From Eledone cirrhosa (taxonomy: Eukaryota): a stretch of 64,000 nucleotides of DNA. The stretch lies in contig OZ024740.1 of assembly GCA_964016885.1 (NCBI GenBank), positions 122,946,001 through 123,010,000 on the forward strand, read 5' to 3'. Shown one piece after another: positions 51,616-63,883 of this stretch. The position numbers and the translations under genes were made by a program. The notes beneath the pieces are model-generated. The model did no database searches, was not told where the DNA came from, and was given only the letters and a program-made list of their open reading frames with translations. Position 1 is the first letter of the stretch, and each line of letters starts with the position of its first letter.

Positions 51616-54135
51616 TCATCAAATATACAATCCCAAACCAATCTAATCCAGGGCTTTCACATTCCTATGGGAGGAACCACTCCCCGGCTGAACTTCACCA
51701 CTTTTTGTTTCAGTTTGGTCATGTCAAGGTGTATCTCTACTCACCACACTTGGCCAAATTGTATGTTGGTGAGGCTATTTAACCCATAGTTAGGATGGAT
51801 GGCTGTTGACTTTGAGGAATTCATCTACTCTTTTTACAGCTCTTGTTTTTTTGTGCTGCTGGGGTTCCACTAACCCTCCTCACCAGACAAGTTATGTCAT
51901 ATATCTTAGTATATTTTAATGTTTTGTACACTTTATATTTATTAGATTGCTGCATATAAAATATTGTTGGTTGTGAATACATTTTTAACACCACTTTTAA
52001 TCTTATAGCTTGAGAATTTCACCTTGTTTACAAACATATATCTTGTCTTCATGTCAATACAAATGTCTGAGAAAAAGAGAAACACTGCACTTGTTGCTTA
52101 TTAACTTGATGGCAACTTTTGTTATTGAAATAATGTTTACGAGAATTAAAATACTTTCAAAATCTTTTCAACCTAAAATGACTTCTAGAACTTTTTACAG
52201 ATACCAAATCAAAACTTTCAATAGCAGAAACATACAGAGCTTATAATGACAGCTGTTATTCAACAGCTAGCGGCATCATCAGTCATGTGTGTAAGGGGAA
52301 ATACAGCTTATAGACATTAAATTTGCTTCAATAGGCAGTTCTCATTTCAATAATCTTCAGGTTTCCTTTTAGATTAATGCAATATGTGGTAATTAAATGT
52401 TAAAAATAGAAGAGAGATGCAGTCCATTAATCTCAAACTTAGAAATGTCACAGATCTGTAAAATATTATATTCCTGCACCAACAAAACTATTGATTCAGA
52501 GTAGATTCCTGTGAGTAAACATACATGAGTTTAAAAGAGCAACGATGCCAACAAACATTGTCATTACCAAAACAGATAGACAACCAATACTTGCAATCAG
52601 AACTTGATAGCTTGCAGAAGCAAAACAAAATCTTAATCTTATGATTATAAGGAAACTTCAAATAGTGTCAGCAGCCAAACTGAAAACCTATATATTGATC
52701 CTTGAATCTAAACATCTTGACATTGAATAAAATGAAGAACTGTTGTCACAAAGATGTAATCGTTAGGTTTCATTGATCTCTTTGTAAATTATCAGTCTCA
52801 TCAAATTCAGATCAATAAATAAAAAAACAAAAATCAATATTTTCAAGAGCATTAATGAAGTGAATGCAGTTTCACGCAATCTTGACATGCTGCCCAGACA
52901 GAAAGTTTGGCTAATAATTTGAAATTCTATAGATGGCACCTATATATCTAAAACTATAAAGAAAGTTTAATTATTTTCTTGTGATCTGACAAATGTAAGA
53001 AAGACCATTAATTAACTAAAGCAATTTTGAACATTATGTTTTTCTTCTTATTTTTCCAATTTTTTGCTTTTCTTTGAAGCTTAATATTTGAGATATTTTG
53101 AGAAAAGTTATTTTCCTACACAAATATATGTGAAAATTGAGGAATATAACACTAAGTATGCTCATCTTTTCAGTCAGAAAATTCCTATTCAGTGTGTAAC
53201 TAATATTTAATTTATATAGTGCTATTCCATTATAGTTATGGAATAATAATTTATTGACCTCACAGGTTATGCATTCAAATTGTTATTGCAGATGTTGAAT
53301 TGTTTCCTTCCTTTCACTCTTCATCTTCTAACTTGGAATAGATATTTTACAATTGGATTATTTTCCAAAGTTTACAATTCGTTCTCGTCTATTGCAATCA
53401 AGAATATTAAACATCATATATATATATATATATATATGAACTGAACCTCACAAGGAAGATGAAAAAAGGCCGTGAGAATTGGAAGACCTCGCTACCAGCA
53501 TAAAATGTGACCTAACCCATCCCCATGTCACCCTCAACTCTTACTTAATATATATTCTCACAATCACTAGACACCTTTCATGAAAAATGTTTGAGAGGTC
53601 CCTTCCATCATATCACGACAAGACAACCTCTCTAGTGTTGGTGATCTGTATGTTGATAAATGCACCCAGTAAAGTGGTTGGGGATATAAAGGGCATCCAG
53701 CAAGAGAAAGCATGCCAAACAAAGTTTTGAGGAGGCCTTCAGGCGTGTCAAAGACACAATAACCTACCCTCTGCACTCAATAGAACATGAAACTGAATGT
53801 GAAAAGCACACACCATGCAGCCTGTCTAGGAGGTCAGTTGCCCTGCTTCAGTAATAACATGGGTTATGTAGATCCCTCCAATCTTTGATAGCATGAATAT
53901 CTGATATTAAACAATGATGGTGATACTGATGTGTACATATATATATATACAATCGCCACAGATAGACGAATGCGAGAGAGTTCTCCAACCCAAGTTAACC
54001 AGGAATCTCTAAAATTGTTCCCACCGAAGTTAACAAAGAACTTACTGGATCTACCAACTCATAATATTATAATATTATAAAATTAAATCAAAACTTTTTT
54101 AACACTACAAGTGAAGTCATCCTTTTCCTTGTTTT

Positions 54136-54219
<84 letters not shown>

Positions 54220-54429
54220 TATTAAAATGCTGAACCTCACAAAGCAGATGACAAAGCATTACAAAAATGAGTGACAAAATTTAGTTCTGGAGAAGATCTG
54301 TCTATCAGCATAAAATATGACCCAACACATCCCATGTCCCCTTTCTCTATAACTCATTAGCTAATTGCACTATCACAACACACTCTTCTAATATCTTCCT
54401 TTAATGTTACATAATTTCATATATATATA

Positions 54430-54625
54430 TGTGGCTGGCTTACATCATCAGATCATGATGCAAAAAATTGGAAGCAGCCTGGCTAGCTATGCCACTCACC
54501 TCCATATCAATTTTATATTTATATTATGCCAGTAGGGGTTATTCAACTAAATCTATTATGTTCACATCATCTGATGTCATTACCGATTGTCTTTTCTCAT
54601 GGTCTGATGACATAAGCCAGCCACA
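54430..54625. mobile_element. MITE-like element with 29-bp terminal inverted repeats
   Basis: tgtggctggcttacatcatcagatcatga (54430-54458) versus the reverse complement of 54597-54625 (3 mismatches); no clear TSD. Confidence 0.7.
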
Positions 54626-54846
54626 GAAATACATAATTAATAATGCATCATTAAAGGAAGATGTTGGAATCTGGCCTTCTTTTGTTTTCAATGAAGTAGT
54701 TAAATCCATTCCTATGCCAGACACGTGCTACATCTATGGTGGAAGCTACACATAATGTCAAGTGCTTTTGCTTAATCAGAACAAGTAGACCACAAACCCA
54801 GGTGCCTATTAGCTAAACCATCTCACACAAACAGTATATATATATA

Positions 54847-54957
54847 TGGTTGAGTGGTAAGATAATTGGATTTGCAATCGTGAGTTTGTGAGTTTGATTC
54901 CTGGACTGGGCGATGCGTTATGTCCTTGAGCAAGACACTTTATTTCACATTGCTCCT
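54847..54957 (+). mobile_element. tRNA-headed SINE 5' part
   Basis: tggttgagtggtaag (A-box-like), gagtttgattcc (B-box-like), gtccttgagcaagacactttatttcacattgctcc; reverse complement of 14810-14920. Confidence 0.75.
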
Positions 54958-56049
54958 TCTACCTGGAGTTGCAACTGATAGATAGTATTAGCAATTGGAA
55001 AGACCAATGGAAACATTGTTTCCTTGGTCCAATTTGACAAAAGTCAATCGACTCTCGATATATATGTACCTTTGCTACTCACTATACCCTATTTTTTAAT
55101 ATATGTTTATCAGATATTTTTACTTGATATAAGGGCATGCATTTTATTTTTAGAGGAAAATAGGGAGAATTTAGTCAGTAAATTTTATTTTTTTTAAATG
55201 AGAAGGGAGAAAATTTAAGTTGATTAATGAATAGGTGCAGGTATGTCAGTGTGAATTCACAAACACGTCTTTAGATTCAGTCTTTCTGTTGAGTGGAATT
55301 TAGTAGACAGAAACTCTGGAAGTTCATTAAATATATATATATATGTGTGTATGTATATAGGGGTGTTTATGAAAACATAGATATATACTATAAGTTTATA
55401 TACAATAAACCTATGAGTAGCCTTGATATCAAAGAAAGAAATATTTTTATAATGAAAATAAGTTATTTTTCTCTATTTTCCTCTGTGAATATATCATAGA
55501 ATGGTTGGTATGATTGAGAATGTTAGACAGTGCTGTTTCGACATTTGTTAATCTTTCATCAGACACTCTCTCAGCTTGTACTGGAGTCTATATAGAATTT
55601 TGGAAATGTTAATTTGCATATAGTGCAAACTTGGTTGATTATATTTAATTGGCAGTAACACTAAGACAGTTTTTAAGCACAGTAGGTTTGTATATAAAAA
55701 CATATACAAATATATTATAAATTTACATACAATAAACATATGGGTAGCTATGCAATCAAAGGAAAATATTTTTTGTAAGAAAAGAATTTATTTTTCTTTA
55801 TAGGTTTATATACAATACACATTTGAGTGTGTGTGTGTGTATGTATCCATGTTAGTGCTTTTACATAAAGTGCTAAAAAAATAAATTCAGGGCTTGAAAA
55901 AAATAAATACTGGGTTGATACGATCCACTAAATCCTTTCATGGTTGTTTCCTAGCATTGCTCCATTATGAAACTGATAAATGAGTAACATGATTTGATTT
56001 CAGAACAGATGAAACTAATATTGAAATTTATTTAATTCAATGCTCAACA

Positions 56050-56420
56050 ATTTCTTCCACTCAACCACATTCTTTTCAACTCCTCACCACTTCTTTCTTT
56101 TCTACTTCAACCCAATCAAGTCCCCTCCACTCCACTTCCTTCAATTCCATTCCCTTTCATTCCATTCCACCCTAATTCTCTTTCTTTCAATCCATTCTAT
56201 TGCAGTGCACCCCTTTCTACTCCCCTGCACTCCACTTCCCTGTTTACCTCTATACTCCATTCCATTCCAATCTTCTTTCAATTTCACTCTCCTCTTTTCC
56301 TTTCATCTCCACTCTACTCTACTCTATCTTAGACCATTGAACTCCAACTCTACTCTTTTTCTTTCAGCTTTACTCCCTTCCACTCCACTCGCTTCCCTAC
56401 TCTACTCTACTCCACTCTAA
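56050..56420. repeat. Pyrimidine-rich degenerate pentamer repeat (CTCCA/TTCCA)
   Basis: Low-complexity tract; the ORF at 56040-56420 is a compositional artefact. Confidence 0.85.
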
Positions 56421-56639
56421 TCAACTGCCATTGTCATAAAATTAATAATAATTACAGTTATGTTTCAGTGTGTCTGCTAAAAGAAATAACTGATTTATAA
56501 ACTATCAATTAAATAAATAAATATGGGGAGGGCAGATAGGAAAAAGGTTTTCTATGAAAAATATCATTTAGGTTGTTATATAGCAGATAGTTTCTCGGTT
56601 ACCTAGAAGAGTTTGTTGCTTTTGATTAAAATTCATATT

Positions 56640-57045
56640 TAAAATAAGGACAACATTTGAAAATAATAGAATAATAATAATAATAAAATTTGTAAATAAT
56701 AGATAAATGTTTAACAATGATAAATAACAACAACTGAAAATAAAAATAGAAAAACGAATGATAACAGATAAATGAATAAAAGTAATAACATTTCAAAATA
56801 ATAATAAATAATTAATAAAATGTGAAAATATTATTAGATAAACAAATAACAATAAAATTTCAAAATAATAGATGAATTATTGATAATGAAATTTGAAAAT
56901 AATAATAGATAAACAAATAATAAAATTTCAAAATAATAATAAATAAACAAATATAGAATTTGAAAATATTGAAAGGAATAACATTCTAAAATAATTATAG
57001 ATAAACAAATAATGATATTTAAAAATAATAATAGATAAATAAACC
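56640..57045. repeat. A-rich degenerate minisatellite (aattt[cg]aaaataat..gataaacaaataa)
   Basis: Recurrent ~30-35-nt unit. Confidence 0.75.
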
Positions 57046-58289
57046 GGGATAGAGGGTGGGAGTTATTTTCCATTTTCTCTATATTTTCATTTGAAAAGGG
57101 CTTAAATAGTGATTTAAAAATGGGGATTAAATATTCATTCTAACATAACCGTCGTTAAATAACATGAAGGCAGAATTTTATCAAAACTTCATACTTCATT
57201 CACTCTCTTCCAAACTATTTCCCATATCTGTCTTGCTATCTCACCCTCTCTCTCTCTCTGCATTTTCTTCTTAACTCTGTCTTTTTTATCTTTTTTACTT
57301 TCTACCTACCTCCAATCCCATCTCACTCTGTATTTTAATTCAATCTGTTAAACTTTATCTCTTTCCATCTACTTCCTTTCCTTTCTGTCTCTCTTTCTAT
57401 CAACATACCTCTATGTTGCTGTCTTTCTATCAACTTACCTTTATGTTCCTGTCCCTCTATCTCCATACCTCTCACTTTCACTCTCTCTCAATCTATTCTT
57501 TATGATTAATCATTTAGAGAAATGATGTTCTCCCAGCATTGTTGTGTCTCTTTCATTATGCAATGTAAAAAAATACAATGTAGCTGAGATGTCTTATGTT
57601 ATATTACATTATATTATATTTCAATATTTCAGTTTCTGCTACAAAACAGAAGATTGATACACAAGCAAGCAAGCTCATTACATTAAGAATTATATTATTT
57701 CTAAAATGAACATTAAACGAACATCTGCATTATATTAAAACTAAGTGTTTCTTTCATTTATTATTAAATAGAAAGGCAACATTCAAATATTTGTTGTAGT
57801 TGTTTTAATGTTTTAGCAGACATGGCTCTGTGGTTTCAGATTCAGTCCCATTGCATGGCCTCAGGCTGACCATAGCTCAGCTAGTGGTTTTGAATTCAGT
57901 CGCACTGTATGCCGCTTTGAGCAAATTTCATCTTCTAAACTTTCAGATTGACAACTGCTTTGCAAGTAAAGTTCTGTTGACCAAAATTGTGAAGAAGCCC
58001 ATGATATGTCTGTTTATGTCACATAGCAGAACAATATTTTGTAAACCCTAGTTTTGTAATCATATTCTGGAGCATTTGTAGGATTTGGGTTCCCAACTAT
58101 ACCAGGTGCATTGTCTCTATGTCCAGTTACATCAGTAGCCGTTTTATTATATTGTAAGAATAAACTTTTAAAATTCAGGGTAGTATGATGACAACAAAAA
58201 CACATAACAATACTCCACAAGGTGCAGGTGACCTCTAAAGAAGAATTCTTTATCTTTGCTTCACCTATCCTCCCACCTACCATTCGAAT

Positions 58290-59400
58290 CACCCTAAGGT
58301 CCAGGCCTCATTAGCTTGAAACGCTGACTAGCAGACTGAACCTTATTGAAGCCTCTCTAGCACTCTTTCTGTTAAGGAACTGCTTTGCCATGCTGATGCT
58401 TCTATACACGTGGCACAGCCATGTATCTCTCCTCCCAAATCATGATGCCTATTTCTGATGGGCTTCTGAGTATATATTCAATGACAACTTTGATGAATCC
58501 AGATGGTAACAAATCAGCTTAACCATCAGATACGGTGGTTTGGTCTCCAGTCTCACTCACCCAGCTACAATTTCTTTAATCAGAGACATCTTCCTGTGTC
58601 TTCATCAACAGGATTCTTCACAACACAACAGAACCTACTGTGAACAGGGAATGCAAGGTGAGCAGTACAACATGGGACCAACTCAGCCTCTAGCCTCTGG
58701 ACGTCCATTCCACTCACCTCTTTGTAGATGTCCCATCCCTTCAAACTAAATTGGATGCCACCCAGTGCAACATTACCTCAGAAAAGCTGATGTGCCAGGT
58801 TGACCATTGTCATCTGGCATGTCTTTGCCCAGCCTCCCAACACTACAGAGTTGCCTAGTTCGATGCAGTACGATCACTCTTCACCCAACTGTTTATACAA
58901 CAGTGTTTCCCTAAAGCTTGGCCCCAGATCTGTGAGCTTCACAAATGCAACTGTGGATCCACTGTAAACACTTTTGGCTCCACTAACTGTCATGCTCCTA
59001 TTGCACTGGCAATCTCCCATGCCATACTGCTCTCAGCAATATTATAAATCATGGCCTTGATACTACAGGCTTCCTTTCCAAGCTCAAGCCAGTGTGGTTG
59101 AACCAAAGGGACAGGAAAAAGCCAGATGGGATGATATTCTTCTCATTCAACCGTGGTAGGTTCCTCATCTGGGATACCTCATGTTGTGACACTTTCTCCA
59201 GTGGCTACCAGTCGATGCTGTGCTCTTGTCAGACTGAAGAGGGTAAATTGTCAACATATTGGCCACTCTCAAATAGACTGAGGCAGCAGAGACTTTGGCA
59301 TTCTTGAATGCTTGACCACAACCCTACTCACTGTTATCAGGATGGAGTTGTCTACCTGCAAGAGCGAGCTCATTGAATTGGAGTAACTGTTACCATACTC
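58290..59400 (+). mobile_element. CRE-like non-LTR retrotransposon relic (Zn knuckle + RLE)
   Basis: HKCNCGS..LSC, HTALSNIINHGLD, RDRKKPDGMIFFSFNRGRFLIWDTSCCDT; homologous to 6600-7330. Confidence 0.75.
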
Positions 59401-59609
59401 CAGGACAATGTCTTCACTATTCTGTCCACTGGAACCATAAGGTGGACAACACATGTAAAGAAAAAATGGAAATTTGACAAAAATAGATCAATAGAGTGAG
59501 TACCAGACATGAACAATAGATTAGTACTGGGGTCAATATGATCAACTATAGCTGCAAACGAATTGTGCAAACTGGAAAAATAATAAAATAATGTTAATTT
59601 TGTTTTTAC

Positions 59610-59908
59610 TGTGGTTGGAAAAAGCTATCTCACTTACCGCTTTTCAAAGGCGCCGCTCAATCTCCACTGCATGGTAGTTTGAAGACCATTTCTTGTACAT
59701 CCGTCTTCCCCTGTTGGCCGTCTCTATCTTTGTATCAACAGTCCCATATCGTTTTGCTCTTTTCACTAGCGCTGCTATCGTCACAGCTCCTTACTCCTCG
59801 CCTGCCTGCTTCCAACTGCCTAGCACCGGGAGATCCCAAACTGGCGTTCACCCCGTTGCTAGGCACCACTAAGCACCTGCAGCCACCGCACGCCACACCA
59901 TACCCACA
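59610..59908 (-). mobile_element. 3' LTR (~299 bp) of a Ty3/gypsy-like element
   Basis: On minus it begins TGTGG (59908) just after a G-rich polypurine tract (59911-59922) and ends CCACA (59610), giving 5-bp inverted termini. Confidence 0.8.
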
Positions 59909-59926
59909 CGCCCCCCCCCCCTGATC

Positions 59927-61800
59927 TCAAGGATCAATTTCCTCCTCGTCTCTCTGCATGTGGAAGTCTGCTGTCCAGGTTGGTGGTCTACGACATCGTT
60001 GCGATCTCCGTAGTATTGGGGCAGAGCTCTGGGTTTCCTCTTCCTTGGAGTCCGTCGACACAGTGATTCTTCTTACATCCAGGACATGACGTGGTACCCC
60101 ATCCACGGACACATTGTTCTTTGAATTTACGGCCGTCACTGTTCCCCTTCCCCATTGAGATGTGCAACGTGCATCTGGGGGCTTAACCCAGACTTCTTCG
60201 TCCACCTGCACGAATGCACTCTCTTTCCCCACTGGCCGTTGTTGTGGCGTGCACGGGTGCCTCCACTCGTATTTGAATACTGCTCTGTGTGGCACCGATT
60301 CCTCGACCTGTCCAACCCGAGGGGACATGTTGTACCAGAACACTGCCTCTATTGGTGAGACATGGCCCCGCTCCGCCATTGCCTTGATCGTCCGGTGGTG
60401 TCGCTCCACGATTCCATTACCGCTCGGCCTGTGCGCCGCTCTGAAGAAACGGTTCACCTTCCATCCATCGAGCATCTCCCTCAGTGCCTCCGAGCGGAAC
60501 GCTGCGCCCTAGTCCATCAGCAGTTCGTCCACAGGGCCCCGCTCCAAGTACACCTCTCTCAACGTCCGCACGATTTCCTCGGCTGTTCCAGTCCTCATCT
60601 CCCTCCATATCGCCATTCGACCTGGTCCACAGTCAACCATCGAGAAGTACGTTCCCTGCCGGTAGTGCGTCACATCCACCGCTAATCGTTTCCAGTCGAG
60701 ATCCACCGGGAGGCTTCCCGTTTCGTGTACACCCGGGGCGGCATCAATGGACTGACATGGGACGCAGCCTCTAACCACTCCCTGAACACTGTGTCTGCTA
60801 ACGTCCGGGTCGATTCTCCTGGCTAGGAACAGGCTCCTATCCACCCCCATGTGGTGCATGTCATGCAACCCCTTCAGATCCGACTCGGTCAGCCGACACA
60901 CAGCAGCCATCTCATCCTCTACCTCCTCCGGCGCTCCCATCCAAGCTTTCTTCACCCTAGTTAATACGTCCGCCCTATTTTTATCTGAGGGCACGAAAAC
61001 TACGCTCAGCCTCAGGTCGAACTCGGTGGTCAGCTCTCCTAAAGTTCCCAGGCGGCGCTTTATCAGCATCTCCGCCGCGCCTCTCGTTCGCACTCTCTTC
61101 TCACTGGTGAGCACTGATCTTACCCATCCAAGAACAGTAGTCGAGTCGGTGCGTATCTCGATGGTGTGCAGCCCCCACCGCAGGGCGAGGTTGACCCCTC
61201 TCAACACCGCGTCCAGTTCGGCCACATTGATGTGATTGCAGTCGTCCTTCTTTCTAAGCCAGGCTGCATCCTCGACCTCAACACCTCCTATCTCCAACGT
61301 GACACCCAGCGCTATGCTGCTGGCATCGCACCACACGGTCCCGCTCTGTGATTTGGGAACATACCAGCGTCCCCGCACTGGGTCGTCGGCCTTCACCCTT
61401 CCAACGATCTCCTGCATCATGGCCACCGTCCTCTCTCCCACTCTGTCACTCCAAGTCACTCCTCCCGCTCGTCTCTTGACATAGCTGCATGCCGTCCGGA
61501 GCCACCCAGCGATCAGGTAGTGACCCACCAGCTTTCTGCTCACCGAGAAAAGCTCCCGCCTACTCATACTTGGGCCCAGTTCCGGAACTTCGTTTCCCCT
61601 CTGGAATACCTAAACGCCCGTCCTGTCTCGCCGTAGCCTAAGTCCCAGCGCGGCTCCTCCCTCCAATGCTTCTGACGGCTTCGCAGTCAGTCCGTACCCC
61701 TGTAAATGGCTCGTGACCTCCGCCGCCGACACCACCGACTCGTCCACTAAAATGTCGTCAATGTAGGAGTTAGTAGCCCTCTTTATCTTGTCAGCCTTCC
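59927..61800 (-). pseudogene. Ty3/gypsy-like pol, 3' half (RT C-term, RNase H, integrase), one frame with two TAG stops
   Basis: YIDD; RNase H WCDAS..HINVAELDA..IRTDS; HH..CC Zn motif; integrase AVDVTH..LMD..GNGIVERHH; RRSQR tail. The three ORFs are in frame, with stops at 61610-61612 and 60509-60511. Confidence 0.93.
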
Positions 61801-63178
61801 CCTGGTTCAACGGCATATGTAACAAGGAACATTGCCGTTTTATCCAATTCGACATCAACAATTACTACTCCTCCATCACTTTACCACTTCTCCTTAGAGC
61901 TATCAATTTCGCTAAAACACTCACAGTGGTTAAGGATTTCGAAGTTGATGTCACCCTCATTGCCCGAAAGTCGGTGATTAATTTCGACGACTCTATTTGG
62001 ATTAAAAAATCCAATAGTACCCCATTCAACGTGAGTATGGGCGCCAGTGATTCTGCGGAGGTTACTGCTCTTATCGGCCTTTTCCTTCTTTTCTCTATCA
62101 AGGACGAATTCCCCAACGCGGGCGGTGGTTTGTACCGTGACGATGGTCTTTTGACCATGACTAAGTGCGGACCTCGTGCTGGCGACAGGTTCAGAAAATA
62201 ACTCACAGCCTTCTTTAAAGGCTTCAACCTCTCTATACAGGTTGAGGCCAATCTCTCGGTCGTTAATTACCTCGACGTTACCCTCAACTTATTGAATGGG
62301 TTGTATTACCCGTATAGAAAGCCGAATGATACGCTTAATTACATAAGTAAGCATTCCAACCATCCTGCCAGCATAACCAAGAACCTGGTAAGAAACGTTT
62401 CGTTGAGGCTTTCCCGTCTTTCCACCAACGAGTGTATTTTCAACGACCATTCCACTTATCACAATGATGCTCTTGCTCGAAGTGGATTTGTCGATAAGGT
62501 AGCATATACAGAGTACGAAAATAGACCTAGAAGAATAGATCCCGTCGCATTTGTTGGTATAACCCACCATATAATATGGAGGTGGCCACACCATTAGCTA
62601 AGATCTTTCTTTCCCCTATTACGAAGCATTTTCCCCCTACACATAAATATAGTAAATTTTTTAATAGAAATACTATTAACATTTCTTACTCTACGACTCC
62701 TAACCTTGCACATAACATCACAGCTTCAAATTTAGCTAAACTATCTAGCCGTAGGAACACGTGCAGCCCTGTTGTTAGTACTAACTGTAATTGTAGGATC
62801 GGGTTGATTGCCCCCTATCCGGGAAATGCCTCTCTAGTAACATTGTCTATATGTGTATATGTGTACTTCATGTTTTGGTTGACTTACGTCTCCGAACATT
62901 CGTGTATTTACATGTAGGTATGTGTGTGCGCTTGTTATATACGTATTTATTTATATACGTTTATATAATTATTTATGTATTTGTATACACGCATACACAC
63001 ACACACATATTTATATGTGCGTGGTTTTGTTTACCTATGGTAAGTTTTTGCGTATGCTTGTGTATGTACGTTTTTGTTTGCGTGTATGTATTTATTTATT
63101 TCTATTACTTCTGTATTGTATTTATTTACTTTGTTCTTAACTCTGTAGCGGAGATTTATTCGTCTCCTAGTTAGAATT

Positions 63179-63441
63179 TTAGTCTACGTCTTCTGCTATA
63201 CCATTTACGTGGTTTTGTCTTTGCGTGCTATTGTTCTCCACGTTCCACATATGACGTATTATCTTCGTTTTTTTCGTTCATTGCCAGAGAACGTCTCTAT
63301 GCACCACCTAAGAGAACATTAGTCTACGACCTCTTTTATACCATAAACGTGGTTCTGTCTTTGCGCGTAATTGTTTTTCACTGCCCCTATTAATGACGTA
63401 TTATATTCGTTTTTTTCCCGTTGTTTACCAGCGAACGTTTC
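63179..63441 (+). repeat. Diverged ~140-bp direct repeat in the PLE-2 3' region
   Basis: ttagtctacg..tatacca..acgtggtt.tgtctttgcg..atgacgtattat.ttcgttttt occurs at ~63179 and ~63319. Confidence 0.85.
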
Positions 63442-63512
63442 CACGAACCAAAGTATCGTCTTCCTGCCTTCCTCCGGTTGCAACGTTTTTCGAAATATCC
63501 AGTTCTGCGTTT

Positions 63513-63588
63513 ACAGATTGACTTTGTTAGTTTCAGAAGATCCCGTTAAGGGTAAAAGCAGCGATTACTTGCTTAAACTTTAATCTGT
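63513..63588 (+). ncRNA. Type I hammerhead-ribozyme-like motif (variant core, probably mutated) in the PLE-2 3' end
   Basis: Stem I AGTTT(63529-33)/AAACT(63575-79) plus distal ACAGATT/AATCTGT; core CAGAAGA; stem II CCC-GTTAA-GGG; AAA in place of GAA; stem III AGCA/TGCT; T at the cleavage position. Confidence 0.62.
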
Positions 63589-63689
63589 TATTTTAATAAA
63601 TATTTTCTCTACGGTTCTTATATATTTTATATATATTTATCCTTATCGAGCCCTCTTTGGATTTTAGTCTTCAAATTTATTATTATTAC

Positions 63690-63723
<34 letters not shown>

Positions 63724-63883
63724 AGGATAAGGAACAAGGATTCAGTGTTGCATCATAATATATTTAACATATTACATATGTTTCTCTATCGATCAGCTCG
63801 AGGCAAAGTCTATAATAGATTGAACCTGACACTTTTAATTGATATATATATATATATATATATGGGATAACAAGTTAGCGTTT

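Larger units (their letters stand above)
61801..63690 (+). mobile_element. Penelope-like element PLE-2 (5'-truncated RT; endonuclease mostly missing)
   Basis: FIQFDINNYYSSI, MGASDSAEV, YRDDGL, NYLDVTLNL, SNHP, WYNPPY, CNCR..CPLSGKC..IVY. Long T-rich 3' region, AATAAA at 63595, ends at (TA)n. Confidence 0.92.
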
